Positions 45,632-53,472 of a stretch of 64,000 nt of DNA are shown here, one piece after another; position 1 is the stretch's first letter, and every line of letters starts with the position of its first letter. Position numbers and translations under genes: made by a program. Below the pieces are notes generated by a model that saw nothing but the letters and a program-made list of their open reading frames with translations, was not told the origin of the DNA and did not search any database. Location: contig DATIAY010000159.1 of the NCBI GenBank assembly GCA_035457825.1, forward strand, positions 64,378 through 128,377, in the 5' to 3' direction. This DNA is from Candidatus Methylomirabilota bacterium. Its GTDB lineage: Bacteria; Methylomirabilota; Methylomirabilia; Rokubacteriales; CSP1-6.

Positions 45632-46315
45632 GTGTCAAGGCGACGGCGCTACTGGCTCTGCGCGCTGATCACTGCGCTCTGGCTCGGCGGCTGTGCGACC
45701 ACCGAGCCTCCGGAGGTCCAGAAGCTGCAGGCGCGGGCTACGTACGAGCGCGGCCTTGCCCATCTTCGTGACAAGCAGGCGGCCTCGGCTCTGAGCGCGT
45801 TCCAGGAGGCGATCTCGCTGGACGGGACCGTGCCGACCTATCGCAACACGCTCGGCGTCCTCTATCTCCACCAGCTGCGGCGCCCCGATCTCGCTCTGAT
45901 AGAGTTCCAGCGCGCCGCCGAGCTGGACCCCCACTACGCCGAGGCCCACCTCAATACTGGTATAGCTCTGGCCGAAATGGCACGCTGGGGCGAGGCGGTC
46001 CCGTTCTACCGTCGGGCGATCGCCACCCCGACCCTTTCCGTTCCCCACATCGCGTACCAGAACCTGGGCTTGGCCCTCTACCACCTCAAGCAGTACCGGG
46101 AGGCGGAGGAGGCGCTGCGGCTCGCCATAAATCTTGAGCCCAAGGAGGAGGGCCCCTACTACAACTTGGGGTTGGTCCTCCTTGCCCAAAGCCGCGAGAG
46201 CGAAGCCAGGTTGGCGTTTCGGCAAGCGCGCGACCTGGCGCCCCAGTCTCTCTTCGGCCAGGCAGCCGTAGGCCAGCTCAAAGCGCTCGGCGACGGCTCC
46301 GCACCCCCCCGCTAA
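45632..46315 (+). CDS. TPR-repeat lipoprotein
   Basis: Lipobox LWLGGC after the GTG at 45632, then about 5 to 6 TPR-like repeats. Whether it is PilW/BamD-like cannot be decided from sequence alone. Confidence 0.7.
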   Translation: MSRRRRYWLCALITALWLGGCATTEPPEVQKLQARATYERGLAHLRDKQAASALSAFQEAISLDGTVPTYRNTLGVLYLHQLRRPDLALIEFQRAAELDPHYAEAHLNTGIALAEMARWGEAVPFYRRAIATPTLSVPHIAYQNLGLALYHLKQYREAEEALRLAINLEPKEEGPYYNLGLVLLAQSRESEARLAFRQARDLAPQSLFGQAAVGQLKALGDGSAPPR

Positions 46316-46329
46316 AGGCCAAACTAAAC

Positions 46330-46359
46330 TTGACCTAGTGCCAATGCATGGGGTAGAAA
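46330..46359 (+). promoter_or_regulatory. Candidate sigma70 promoter of porin paralog 1
   Basis: TTGACC (46330-46335), 18-nt spacer, TAGAAA (46354-46359), in an AT-rich patch. The leader is about 115 nt, with GAGGAGG before the ATG. Confidence 0.45.
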
Positions 46360-46480
46360 TTTGCCCGCTGCTGGCAGTGGACTGCTCCGGATCAGCCCGC
46401 TGCCGGGAGTGCGCAGGTGTTGGTGTTGGGCCATGCGGAACGGTGTTCGAGGCATCTCACCACCACACTGAGGAGGCGGT

Positions 46481-47968
46481 ATGAGGACCATCCTCGCAGC
46501 CGTCCTATCTGTGGTCGTCATCCTCGGGCTCGCGGCGCCACCGGCCTTCGCCCAGCCCCCGGCCCCGAAGGTGACGATCAACGGCCTCGTCGACTTCGCC
46601 ACGGCGTACCAGAGGAACCTGCGCGACAACAACATCACCAACACCCAAGACGAGGGCTGGTACTCGCGCGAACGCGGCGTGTTCACGTTCACCGGAGAGA
46701 TCGGCAAGGCCAAGGGTGTCATCGCCTTCGAGTTCGACTTCACCAACGGCGCGGGCCCGACCAGCTCGGGCACCACGGCGAACTTCGACCTCGACACGGA
46801 CGTTCCCGGGACCACCGAGGTGAAGTGGCTCTACGTGGAGGCACCGCTGACCGGACCGGGGTCGCTGCTGCCGTTCCTGCCGATGGAGTCGCAGATCCGC
46901 CTGGGTGCCCAGCCGGCTACCGGACACGCCTACAAGCCCGGCATTCTGTGGTCCGGTGACTTCCCCGGAGTCAACATCACCACGACCTGGGCGCCGAACA
47001 TGAGGAGCACGCTCACCTTCGCCCAGATCGGCGAACAGGTGGACTCGCTCGCGGGGGGAAACGAGGACATCGCGTTCCTCGCCAGCTTCGAGTTCGACGT
47101 CTTCAAGGGGCTGACCATCAAGCCCACGTACACGTACGCAAACTATGACGCCTTCAACACCGGGACCGCGAACCTCGGCACCGAGTCGCCAAAGGGCGGG
47201 TTCACCCCCAACGTCCTGGGAGCCCACCTCTCGCGTCACACCATCGGCGCGGACGTGAGGTGGCGGAGCGGGCCGTTCTCTCTCGAGCCCACCTTCATCT
47301 ACCAGATCGGCACGCAGGAGTGCACGATCCTGAGTTGCGGCCACACCAACGACGTCGACATCAACGCGTGGATCTTCGACGTCACTGGCGGCTTCCGGAC
47401 CGGCCCGCTGACCATCGAGGGACGGTTCGCCTACACGCCGGGCATGAAGGCTGAAGATTGCGTTCAGGCCGGCGGCTTCTGCGGTACCGGTGGTGAGGAC
47501 ATCAAGTACTACCAGGCCATCAACCCCGGATTCGTCTACCAGGCCGGGTGGGCGGAAATCCAGGCCTCGGGCGTCGACTACAACCTCGTGCACTTCGGTG
47601 CCGGTGGCGCCGCGGGTGTGCGGCTGGGCCAGTCCCCGAGCTATGACAAGTACGGCCGCATCACGCTGGCCGCGGCCGTGGACTACGCGGTGACACCGGC
47701 GTTCGTCCTCCATCTGGTGGGGAACGCGCAGTGGACGGCGGAGAAGGTGGACACCGGCCGTCCGGCGTTGAGCGGCGCTCCGACCAGCAGCGGCGATGAG
47801 AATTATCTCGGCACTGAAATCGACGTGGGCTTGACCTACCGCTTCGCCCCGAACGTAGCCTTCGACCTGATCGGTGGCTATCTGATCGCGGGCGATGCGC
47901 GCGGGTTCAACAACCTGGAGCCAGAGGACATCACCAAGGTGGCGGCCCGGATGCGCGTCACCTGGTAG
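46481..47968 (+). CDS. Putative outer-membrane beta-barrel protein (porin-like), paralog 1
   Basis: Signal peptide ending AFA-QP, alternating beta-strand-like pattern, abundant aromatic, Gly, Asn and Asp residues, and a C-terminal ARMRVTW (aromatic terminus). 495 aa. Confidence 0.65.
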   Translation: MRTILAAVLSVVVILGLAAPPAFAQPPAPKVTINGLVDFATAYQRNLRDNNITNTQDEGWYSRERGVFTFTGEIGKAKGVIAFEFDFTNGAGPTSSGTTANFDLDTDVPGTTEVKWLYVEAPLTGPGSLLPFLPMESQIRLGAQPATGHAYKPGILWSGDFPGVNITTTWAPNMRSTLTFAQIGEQVDSLAGGNEDIAFLASFEFDVFKGLTIKPTYTYANYDAFNTGTANLGTESPKGGFTPNVLGAHLSRHTIGADVRWRSGPFSLEPTFIYQIGTQECTILSCGHTNDVDINAWIFDVTGGFRTGPLTIEGRFAYTPGMKAEDCVQAGGFCGTGGEDIKYYQAINPGFVYQAGWAEIQASGVDYNLVHFGAGGAAGVRLGQSPSYDKYGRITLAAAVDYAVTPAFVLHLVGNAQWTAEKVDTGRPALSGAPTSSGDENYLGTEIDVGLTYRFAPNVAFDLIGGYLIAGDARGFNNLEPEDITKVAARMRVTW

Positions 47969-47983
47969 TCCGTCCCTGACGTA

Positions 47984-48017
47984 CGCGGGGGGCATGGGAA
48001 TCCCCATGCCCCCCGCG
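47984..48017 (+). terminator. GC-rich hairpin after porin paralog 1 (hairpin family 3)
   Basis: CGCGGGGGGCATGGG-aatc-CCCATGCCCCCCGCG, a 15-bp perfect stem located 16 nt after the stop. No U-tract. Confidence 0.55.
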
Positions 48018-48394
48018 GCATCTCCCGAGTCGTCATGCCCTTCCAGCCGCTTCGTTCTTCCTTGATCCGGTAACTCGCGACCTCGGGTAGCTCCTCACCA
48101 CAGTGCGCTCCCTGGCCGGGAGCGCACGTCCGCTCAGGCCCCGTCGTCATCGAGGAGACCTTCTCCGCGCCGCGTGATCGCTGGGGCCGTGAGGGTTGTC
48201 ACTCCACACCGGATGGGGCCAACGGAGATCGCATCCGGGCATCATCTCGCCCTCCCGCGGCACGCGTCACGAGACATGCTGAGCGTGCCGAGGGATGTCA
48301 ATGCCGAGTCAGCGTGACACCCGACTTTTGGTGGAGTAGGGCCACTGACTCAGTCTCACCGGGCGAAGAGCCTCATTTCCCTCGTCATCCAGCT

Positions 48395-48410
48395 TGGCAT
48401 CCTCGTTGCT
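48395..48410 (+). promoter_or_regulatory. Candidate sigma54 (-24/-12) promoter upstream of porin paralog 2
   Basis: TGGCATcctcgTTGCT, compared with the consensus TGGCAC-N5-TTGCW. The GG-to-GC spacing is correct and there is one mismatch. Located 149 nt upstream of the ATG at 48559. Confidence 0.5.
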
Positions 48411-48558
48411 GCCGCTCGGGTGGGCTCGATCGAAAGATGACCACCTGCAACGCGATTCGGCGGCCCGACGAACTTAACCGTACTCTCGCCGTCCTGGCGG
48501 GAGGAATTGCTGGACGTCTCGGGCGCCGCGCACTCGTGACGTCGTACGCAGGTGCTAA

Positions 48559-50157
48559 ATGAGGCAGATCGTATCGTTCCTCCTCGTCGTGGTCGTCCTC
48601 TCGGTCTGGCAGGTACCCGCCTGGGCCCAGGCGCCTGCCGCGGCGGCCGCCCCCAAGGTGACGATCAACGGTCTCGTCGACTTCGTCACCACGATGTACC
48701 ACAACCTGTCGGACTTCGACATTACGGGCACGGCCCCGATCCCGGGAGCGCGGGGTAGGGACAACGGCTGGTACTCCCGCGAGCGCGGCATCTTCACCGT
48801 CACCGGCGAGGTGGGGCGCGCGAAAGGGGTGCTGTCGCTCGAGATGGACTTCGCCAACGGCCGGATCGACAACGTGACGGCTGCGCCCAGCGGCAACAAC
48901 GGCTTCGACCTCGAGACCGACGAGAAGGGCCAGATCGAGGTCAAGTGGCTGTACCTGGAGGTACCCATCACCGGCCCCGACTCGTTGCTGTCGTTCGTCC
49001 CCATGCCCACGATCGGCCGATTCGGCGCCCAGCCCGCCCGTGGTCATGACTTCAAGCCCGGCATCCAGTTCAGTGGCGACTTCCCGGGCGTCACGTTCGA
49101 GACGGGTTGGGCTCCGAACATCAGGTCCATCCTGACGTACGCCCAGATTGACGAACGGCTCGACCGGGTGATCAACCCCGGGGGCACCGAGGACTTCGCC
49201 TTCGTCGGCAGTGTCTTGGTCGACCTCTTCAAGGGATTGACGGTCAAGCCGACGTACTCCTACGCTCGGTTCGACCGGGGTAGCGGCACTCTGGCGGCGT
49301 TTGGAACCGAGCCCAAGGGAGGATTCTCCCCTGCCGCCGCCACTCAGGCTAACCAGGCCACCGTGCGCCATACCCTGGGAGGCGATGTCCGGTGGACGTC
49401 CGGTCCCTGGGCCGTGCAGCCGACGTTTCTGTACCAGTTCGGAGAGCAAGAGACGGTTGCGGCGACGGCCGGCGGGAAAAACGAGGTAGACATCAGCTCC
49501 TGGATTTTCGACGTCATCGGTGGCTTTCGTTCCGGGCCACTGACCATCGAGGTCCGGGGCATGTGGACCCCCGGCAACAAGGCGACGGAGTGTGTCCAGA
49601 CGGTCGGGACCGTCTGCACCGGCGGCTCCGACATCAACTACTATCAGGCGATCAACACGGGAACGATCCTCTACTTCGCCGGGTGGTCCGAGATCGAGTC
49701 GGCCGGTGTCGATTACCAGTTGCCATTCCAGGGTGGAGCCGTGACCGGCATGAAGCTGGGTGGCAACCCCAGCTATGACAAGTACGGCCGCATCGTGGCC
49801 GCCGTGGCGGCTGACTATGCCTTCACGCCGGCATTCATCGCCCACTTCGTCACGCTGGCGCAGTGGACCGCCGAGAAGGTCGACACCGACGGTGCCCTGA
49901 TCAACCCCTTGAGCCTGGCCAGCCCCGTGGCCCAGACTAACGGCATCACTCCGGCGAATGGCGGCGACGAACGCTATCTCGGCACCGAGGTCAATGGGGG
50001 ATTCACGTATCGCTTCACCGCCAACGCGGCCTTCGACCTCATCGGAGCCTACCTGTTCGCCGGTCCCGCGCGCGACAACGCTCAGATCGTCGGCCTCCCG
50101 AAGCGGGACGCCAACGACGTGTACAAGGTCTCGGCCCGGATGCGCGTGACCTGGTAG
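48559..50157 (+). CDS. Putative outer-membrane beta-barrel protein (porin-like), paralog 2
   Basis: Signal peptide ending AWA-QA. It aligns along its whole length with paralog 1 (PKVTINGLVDF, GWYSRERG, EVKWLY, GAQPA.GH..KPGI, FKGLT.KPTY, SPSYDKYGRI) and has the same ARMRVTW end. 532 aa. Confidence 0.65.
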   Translation: MRQIVSFLLVVVVLSVWQVPAWAQAPAAAAAPKVTINGLVDFVTTMYHNLSDFDITGTAPIPGARGRDNGWYSRERGIFTVTGEVGRAKGVLSLEMDFANGRIDNVTAAPSGNNGFDLETDEKGQIEVKWLYLEVPITGPDSLLSFVPMPTIGRFGAQPARGHDFKPGIQFSGDFPGVTFETGWAPNIRSILTYAQIDERLDRVINPGGTEDFAFVGSVLVDLFKGLTVKPTYSYARFDRGSGTLAAFGTEPKGGFSPAAATQANQATVRHTLGGDVRWTSGPWAVQPTFLYQFGEQETVAATAGGKNEVDISSWIFDVIGGFRSGPLTIEVRGMWTPGNKATECVQTVGTVCTGGSDINYYQAINTGTILYFAGWSEIESAGVDYQLPFQGGAVTGMKLGGNPSYDKYGRIVAAVAADYAFTPAFIAHFVTLAQWTAEKVDTDGALINPLSLASPVAQTNGITPANGGDERYLGTEVNGGFTYRFTANAAFDLIGAYLFAGPARDNAQIVGLPKRDANDVYKVSARMRVTW

Positions 50158-50167
50158 TCGGCATGCC

Positions 50168-50200
50168 GCTCGGGGAGGGTTTCCCCGACCCTCCCCGAGC
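50168..50200 (+). terminator. GC-rich hairpin after porin paralog 2
   Basis: GCTCGGGGAGGGT-ttccccg-ACCCTCCCCGAGC, a 13-bp perfect stem located 10 nt after the stop. Confidence 0.55.
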
Positions 50201-50207
50201 GCTGTAG

Positions 50208-50216
50208 TGCTATAGT
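50208..50216 (+). promoter_or_regulatory. Candidate extended -10 promoter of the FG-GAP protein gene
   Basis: TGcTATAGT. An in-frame GTG at 50227 lies 10 nt downstream of the -10. Confidence 0.4.
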
Positions 50217-52083
50217 GCAGGGCATCGTGGGGGGTTCATCGAGGGTCGGCGCGCCGTTTCCGCTGCTCCTGCTCGCCACAGCGCTTCTTCTCGTCATCTC
50301 CGCTCCCGCCGCCACCGCCACGGAGCACACGGGCTCGCTCCGCGTGCTCGCCGATCAGATCGCCGGCCTTTTCCCGGCCATCGACACCCAGGTCGTCGAT
50401 GTCGTGGAAGGCCGGGTGACCGTGGCCGGCGGGCGCGCGCAGGGCGTCAACCCCGGTCTGGAGCTCACCGCGGTGCGGGAGGGGCGGGAACTGTACCATC
50501 CCACCACGAAGAAGCTGCTGGGGCGAGCCGAGGAGACGCTGGGCCGCCTCGTGGTCGTCGAGTCGTTCGAGCAATATGCCGTCGCGTCGGCGACCCCGGA
50601 AGTGCTAGCCCGGCTTCAGGCGGGTGATAAGGCCAGGGTACCGGCGGGCAAAGTACGCCTGGCCCTCGTCGTGCTCGGGGCCTCTCGCTCGCGCACGGTG
50701 GAGGCCGCCAGCGGCGAGCTCGTTCAGGAGCTGGAGCGGACGGGCCGCTTCCAGGTCAGGTTCGCCGATGAGGTGGCCGTCTGGCTCACCCAGGAGCGGA
50801 TTGGACCCGAGGACTTCATGCGCGGTCAGGGTATCCGGCCGGTGGCCGAGCGCTTCAAGCTCGGCTACCTCCTGGCCCTGCACTTCACGACCCAGCAGGG
50901 TAAGCCGTTCATGGACATCCGCCTGTTCTCCCCCGGGTTGGACGCGCCGGTGCTCCAGCACGCCCTGTTTGTCCCGCCCTCCATCAAGCCGAGCCCCGGC
51001 CGGCAATTCTCGACGGCCCCCGGAGCCCAACCGGAGAAGGTTGAGCGCCGCTCGTTGCTGACGCGTCTGCTGTCCGGCGACTTCGAGCCCAACCGCTACT
51101 CGGCGGGCGCCGCCGCCATTCCCATTCGATCGCTGGCGACGTTTCCGTTCGTCGTGGTGTCCATGGACGTGGCCGTGGCGCCGGGCGACAAAATACCGAG
51201 AATCGTCGTCACCGACGGGCAGCGCGTCTTCCTCTACCGCCTGAAGGAGCTGGTCCTGGAGCCGGAGTGGACGTACGACAAGCTGATGGTCGGCCAGATC
51301 CTCAGCGTCCAGCTCGCGGACCTGGACGCCGACGGCGTGCTCGACGTTGTCGTGAACCGCCAGGACATCAAGGCCGGGATGCTCTCGTACATCCTGACCA
51401 CCCGGAACGATCGGCCGTCGCTCCTCGCCGGCGACATTCCCATCATGCTGCTGGCGGTCGACGAAGCCGGCGACGGCGTGAACCGGGCGTTGTGGGCGCA
51501 GACCTTCGATACCGAGAAGTTCTGGACGCGGGGGACGGCAACCCGCTACGTGCTGAGGAAGGATGACATCGCACCCACCGGTCGCGCGATCGTGCACTCG
51601 GCGTTCCGGCCGACGGGGGCGGCCTTCTCGAACATCGCTGGCGTCGAGCGGGTGCTGGCGTTCGTGGACGAGCAGAGCCGCCTGGTCGTTTCTAGCCCGA
51701 TCGGCCAGGAGGTGTGGCGGTCGCAGTCGGCCGTGGGCGGAGGGCTCGCCTACGGCCAGGTGCGCATCACGATGCTGAATACCCAGGTCGACAAGGTCTT
51801 CAAGATGGAGCCAAACCCCGTTGCGATCGACCTCGACGGGGATGGTGTCCAGGAAATCGTGGTCCCCGTGAACCAGGACGAGCAGGGCCGGATGGCCGTC
51901 GTGTACCGGGGTCCCGCCGGCTTTCGGATGCAGACCGTGGACTCCGGCTTCGAGGGGCTCGTCACCGGCCTCGGCGCCATGCCCGGCGAGGGCACACCGA
52001 CACTGGTGGCCGCCGTCGTCCGTCGAAAGGGGCTTCTGCGAAGCGGGGGGGACACGCAGATCATCATCACCGTGCCCGAGTAG
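50215..52083 (+). CDS. Secreted protein (P622): N-terminal P279-like modules fused to an FG-GAP/VCBS-like beta-propeller region
   Basis: Signal-like N-terminus (PLLLLATALLLVISAPAATA). The N-terminal 230 aa are collinear with P279. DxDxDG-type loops are present (DLDADGVLDVVV, DLDGDGVQEIVV). The likely real start is the GTG at 50227. Confidence 0.65.
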   Translation: MQGIVGGSSRVGAPFPLLLLATALLLVISAPAATATEHTGSLRVLADQIAGLFPAIDTQVVDVVEGRVTVAGGRAQGVNPGLELTAVREGRELYHPTTKKLLGRAEETLGRLVVVESFEQYAVASATPEVLARLQAGDKARVPAGKVRLALVVLGASRSRTVEAASGELVQELERTGRFQVRFADEVAVWLTQERIGPEDFMRGQGIRPVAERFKLGYLLALHFTTQQGKPFMDIRLFSPGLDAPVLQHALFVPPSIKPSPGRQFSTAPGAQPEKVERRSLLTRLLSGDFEPNRYSAGAAAIPIRSLATFPFVVVSMDVAVAPGDKIPRIVVTDGQRVFLYRLKELVLEPEWTYDKLMVGQILSVQLADLDADGVLDVVVNRQDIKAGMLSYILTTRNDRPSLLAGDIPIMLLAVDEAGDGVNRALWAQTFDTEKFWTRGTATRYVLRKDDIAPTGRAIVHSAFRPTGAAFSNIAGVERVLAFVDEQSRLVVSSPIGQEVWRSQSAVGGGLAYGQVRITMLNTQVDKVFKMEPNPVAIDLDGDGVQEIVVPVNQDEQGRMAVVYRGPAGFRMQTVDSGFEGLVTGLGAMPGEGTPTLVAAVVRRKGLLRSGGDTQIIITVPE

Positions 52084-52152
52084 TCGTCAGAGCGGCCAGG
52101 GCCGAAATGATCCATCGCGACAAGACGACCGAGCCCCGCGTCCACCCCACCG

Positions 52153-53472
52153 ATGCCTGAAAAGGCCGCACCCAAGCTCAGTGCCGAGCCTCCGCGTGGG
52201 ATGCGCGACATCCTGCCCGACGAGGCCGAGATGCGCGATGCCACAGCGGCCACCATCCTCGACGTCTACCGGCGATACGGGTTTCGTCGCGTGGAGACCC
52301 CGGCCCTGGAACACATCCAGCTCCTGACCCGCGGTGAGGGCGGCGAGAACGAAAAGCTCATCTACAAAATCCTCAAGCGGGGCGCCAAGCTCGATCTCAC
52401 CAGCGTCGCGAGCGAAATGGACCTGGTCGACCTGGGGCTGCGATTCGATCTTACGGTTCCGCTGGTGCGGTACTACGCGCATAACCACGCTGAGCTGCCC
52501 AGGCCGCTGAAGGCCGTGCAAATCGGGCCGGTCTGGCGTGCCGAACGGCAGCAGAAGGGTCGCTATCGTCAGTTCACCCAGTGCGACATCGATATCCTGG
52601 GTATGCAGTCCTGCGTGGCTGAGGTGGAGCTGATCCTGGCCACTACCGACGCCCTCACGGCACTGGGGCTCCAGAACCTGACCGTTCGGATCAACGATCG
52701 CCGCCTGCTGGCCGCCGTGGCTCACCATTGTGGGTTCGATCCGAGCCGATTCGACAGCGTGTTCATCGCGCTCGACAAGCTGGACAAGGTCGACTGGTCC
52801 GGGGTCGAGAAGGAGCTGATGCAGGTGGGGCATCCCTCCGCCGCAATAGCGCAGCTCGGGAGGCTGATAGCACGCTTCGGCCCGCAGGGGGCTGCCCCGG
52901 GCGACCTCGGGGTGATGGGAAAGGATTTAGGGACTTACCGGGACGAGGAGGCCCTCCGCGCTCTCGAGATGATCATCCAGACCTTGCGCGGCGAGGCGAC
53001 CGGAAGCTGGATCATCACGTTCGACCCCACGCTGGTTCGAGGCATGTCGTACTACACGGGGCCGATCTTCGAGATCAAGAGCGACGACTTTCCCTCATCG
53101 ATCGCCGGCGGCGGCCGCTACGACAAGCTGATCGGTAAGCTCCTGGGCAAGGATGTTCCGGCGACCGGGTTCTCCATCGGGTTCGAGCGCGTGATCGCCC
53201 TCCTTATGGATCGCCAGGGGCACCGGGGGCGCGGGCAGAAGCGGGTCGCCCTGATCTTCGAGGAGAAGACGGATGATCTGCCTACGGTACTGGCGGCGGC
53301 CCGGGCGTTCCGGGCCGACGGGTTAGCGGTGTCGGTGGAGCTGCGCGCGAAGAACCTGGGAGGGCAGCTGGACACGCTCTCCCGTCACGGCTTTGACGGG
53401 TTCGCCCTCTTCGACGGCACCGGACGATCGCGCCTCCGCTGGTTCGGTGACCAGGAGCGTCGAGATGAGTGA
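52153..53472 (+). CDS. hisS: Histidine--tRNA ligase
   Basis: PRGMRDILPDE, the RQFTQCDID-type motif 2 region, and GGGRYD motif 3. 439 aa. Confidence 0.92.
   Translation: MPEKAAPKLSAEPPRGMRDILPDEAEMRDATAATILDVYRRYGFRRVETPALEHIQLLTRGEGGENEKLIYKILKRGAKLDLTSVASEMDLVDLGLRFDLTVPLVRYYAHNHAELPRPLKAVQIGPVWRAERQQKGRYRQFTQCDIDILGMQSCVAEVELILATTDALTALGLQNLTVRINDRRLLAAVAHHCGFDPSRFDSVFIALDKLDKVDWSGVEKELMQVGHPSAAIAQLGRLIARFGPQGAAPGDLGVMGKDLGTYRDEEALRALEMIIQTLRGEATGSWIITFDPTLVRGMSYYTGPIFEIKSDDFPSSIAGGGRYDKLIGKLLGKDVPATGFSIGFERVIALLMDRQGHRGRGQKRVALIFEEKTDDLPTVLAAARAFRADGLAVSVELRAKNLGGQLDTLSRHGFDGFALFDGTGRSRLRWFGDQERRDE

Noticed and set aside
46372-46386. A sigma54-like TGGCAGtggacTGCT upstream of porin paralog 1.
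   Set aside because: The GG-to-GC spacing is one nucleotide shorter than the strict -24/-12 geometry, and the -12 element is TGCT rather than TTGC. A sigma70-type promoter upstream fits better.
48314-48562. An 82-aa ORF in the 590-bp gap between the two porin genes.
   Set aside because: It has no RBS, an implausible composition and no motif. The region is better explained as a regulatory leader or enhancer region for paralog 2.
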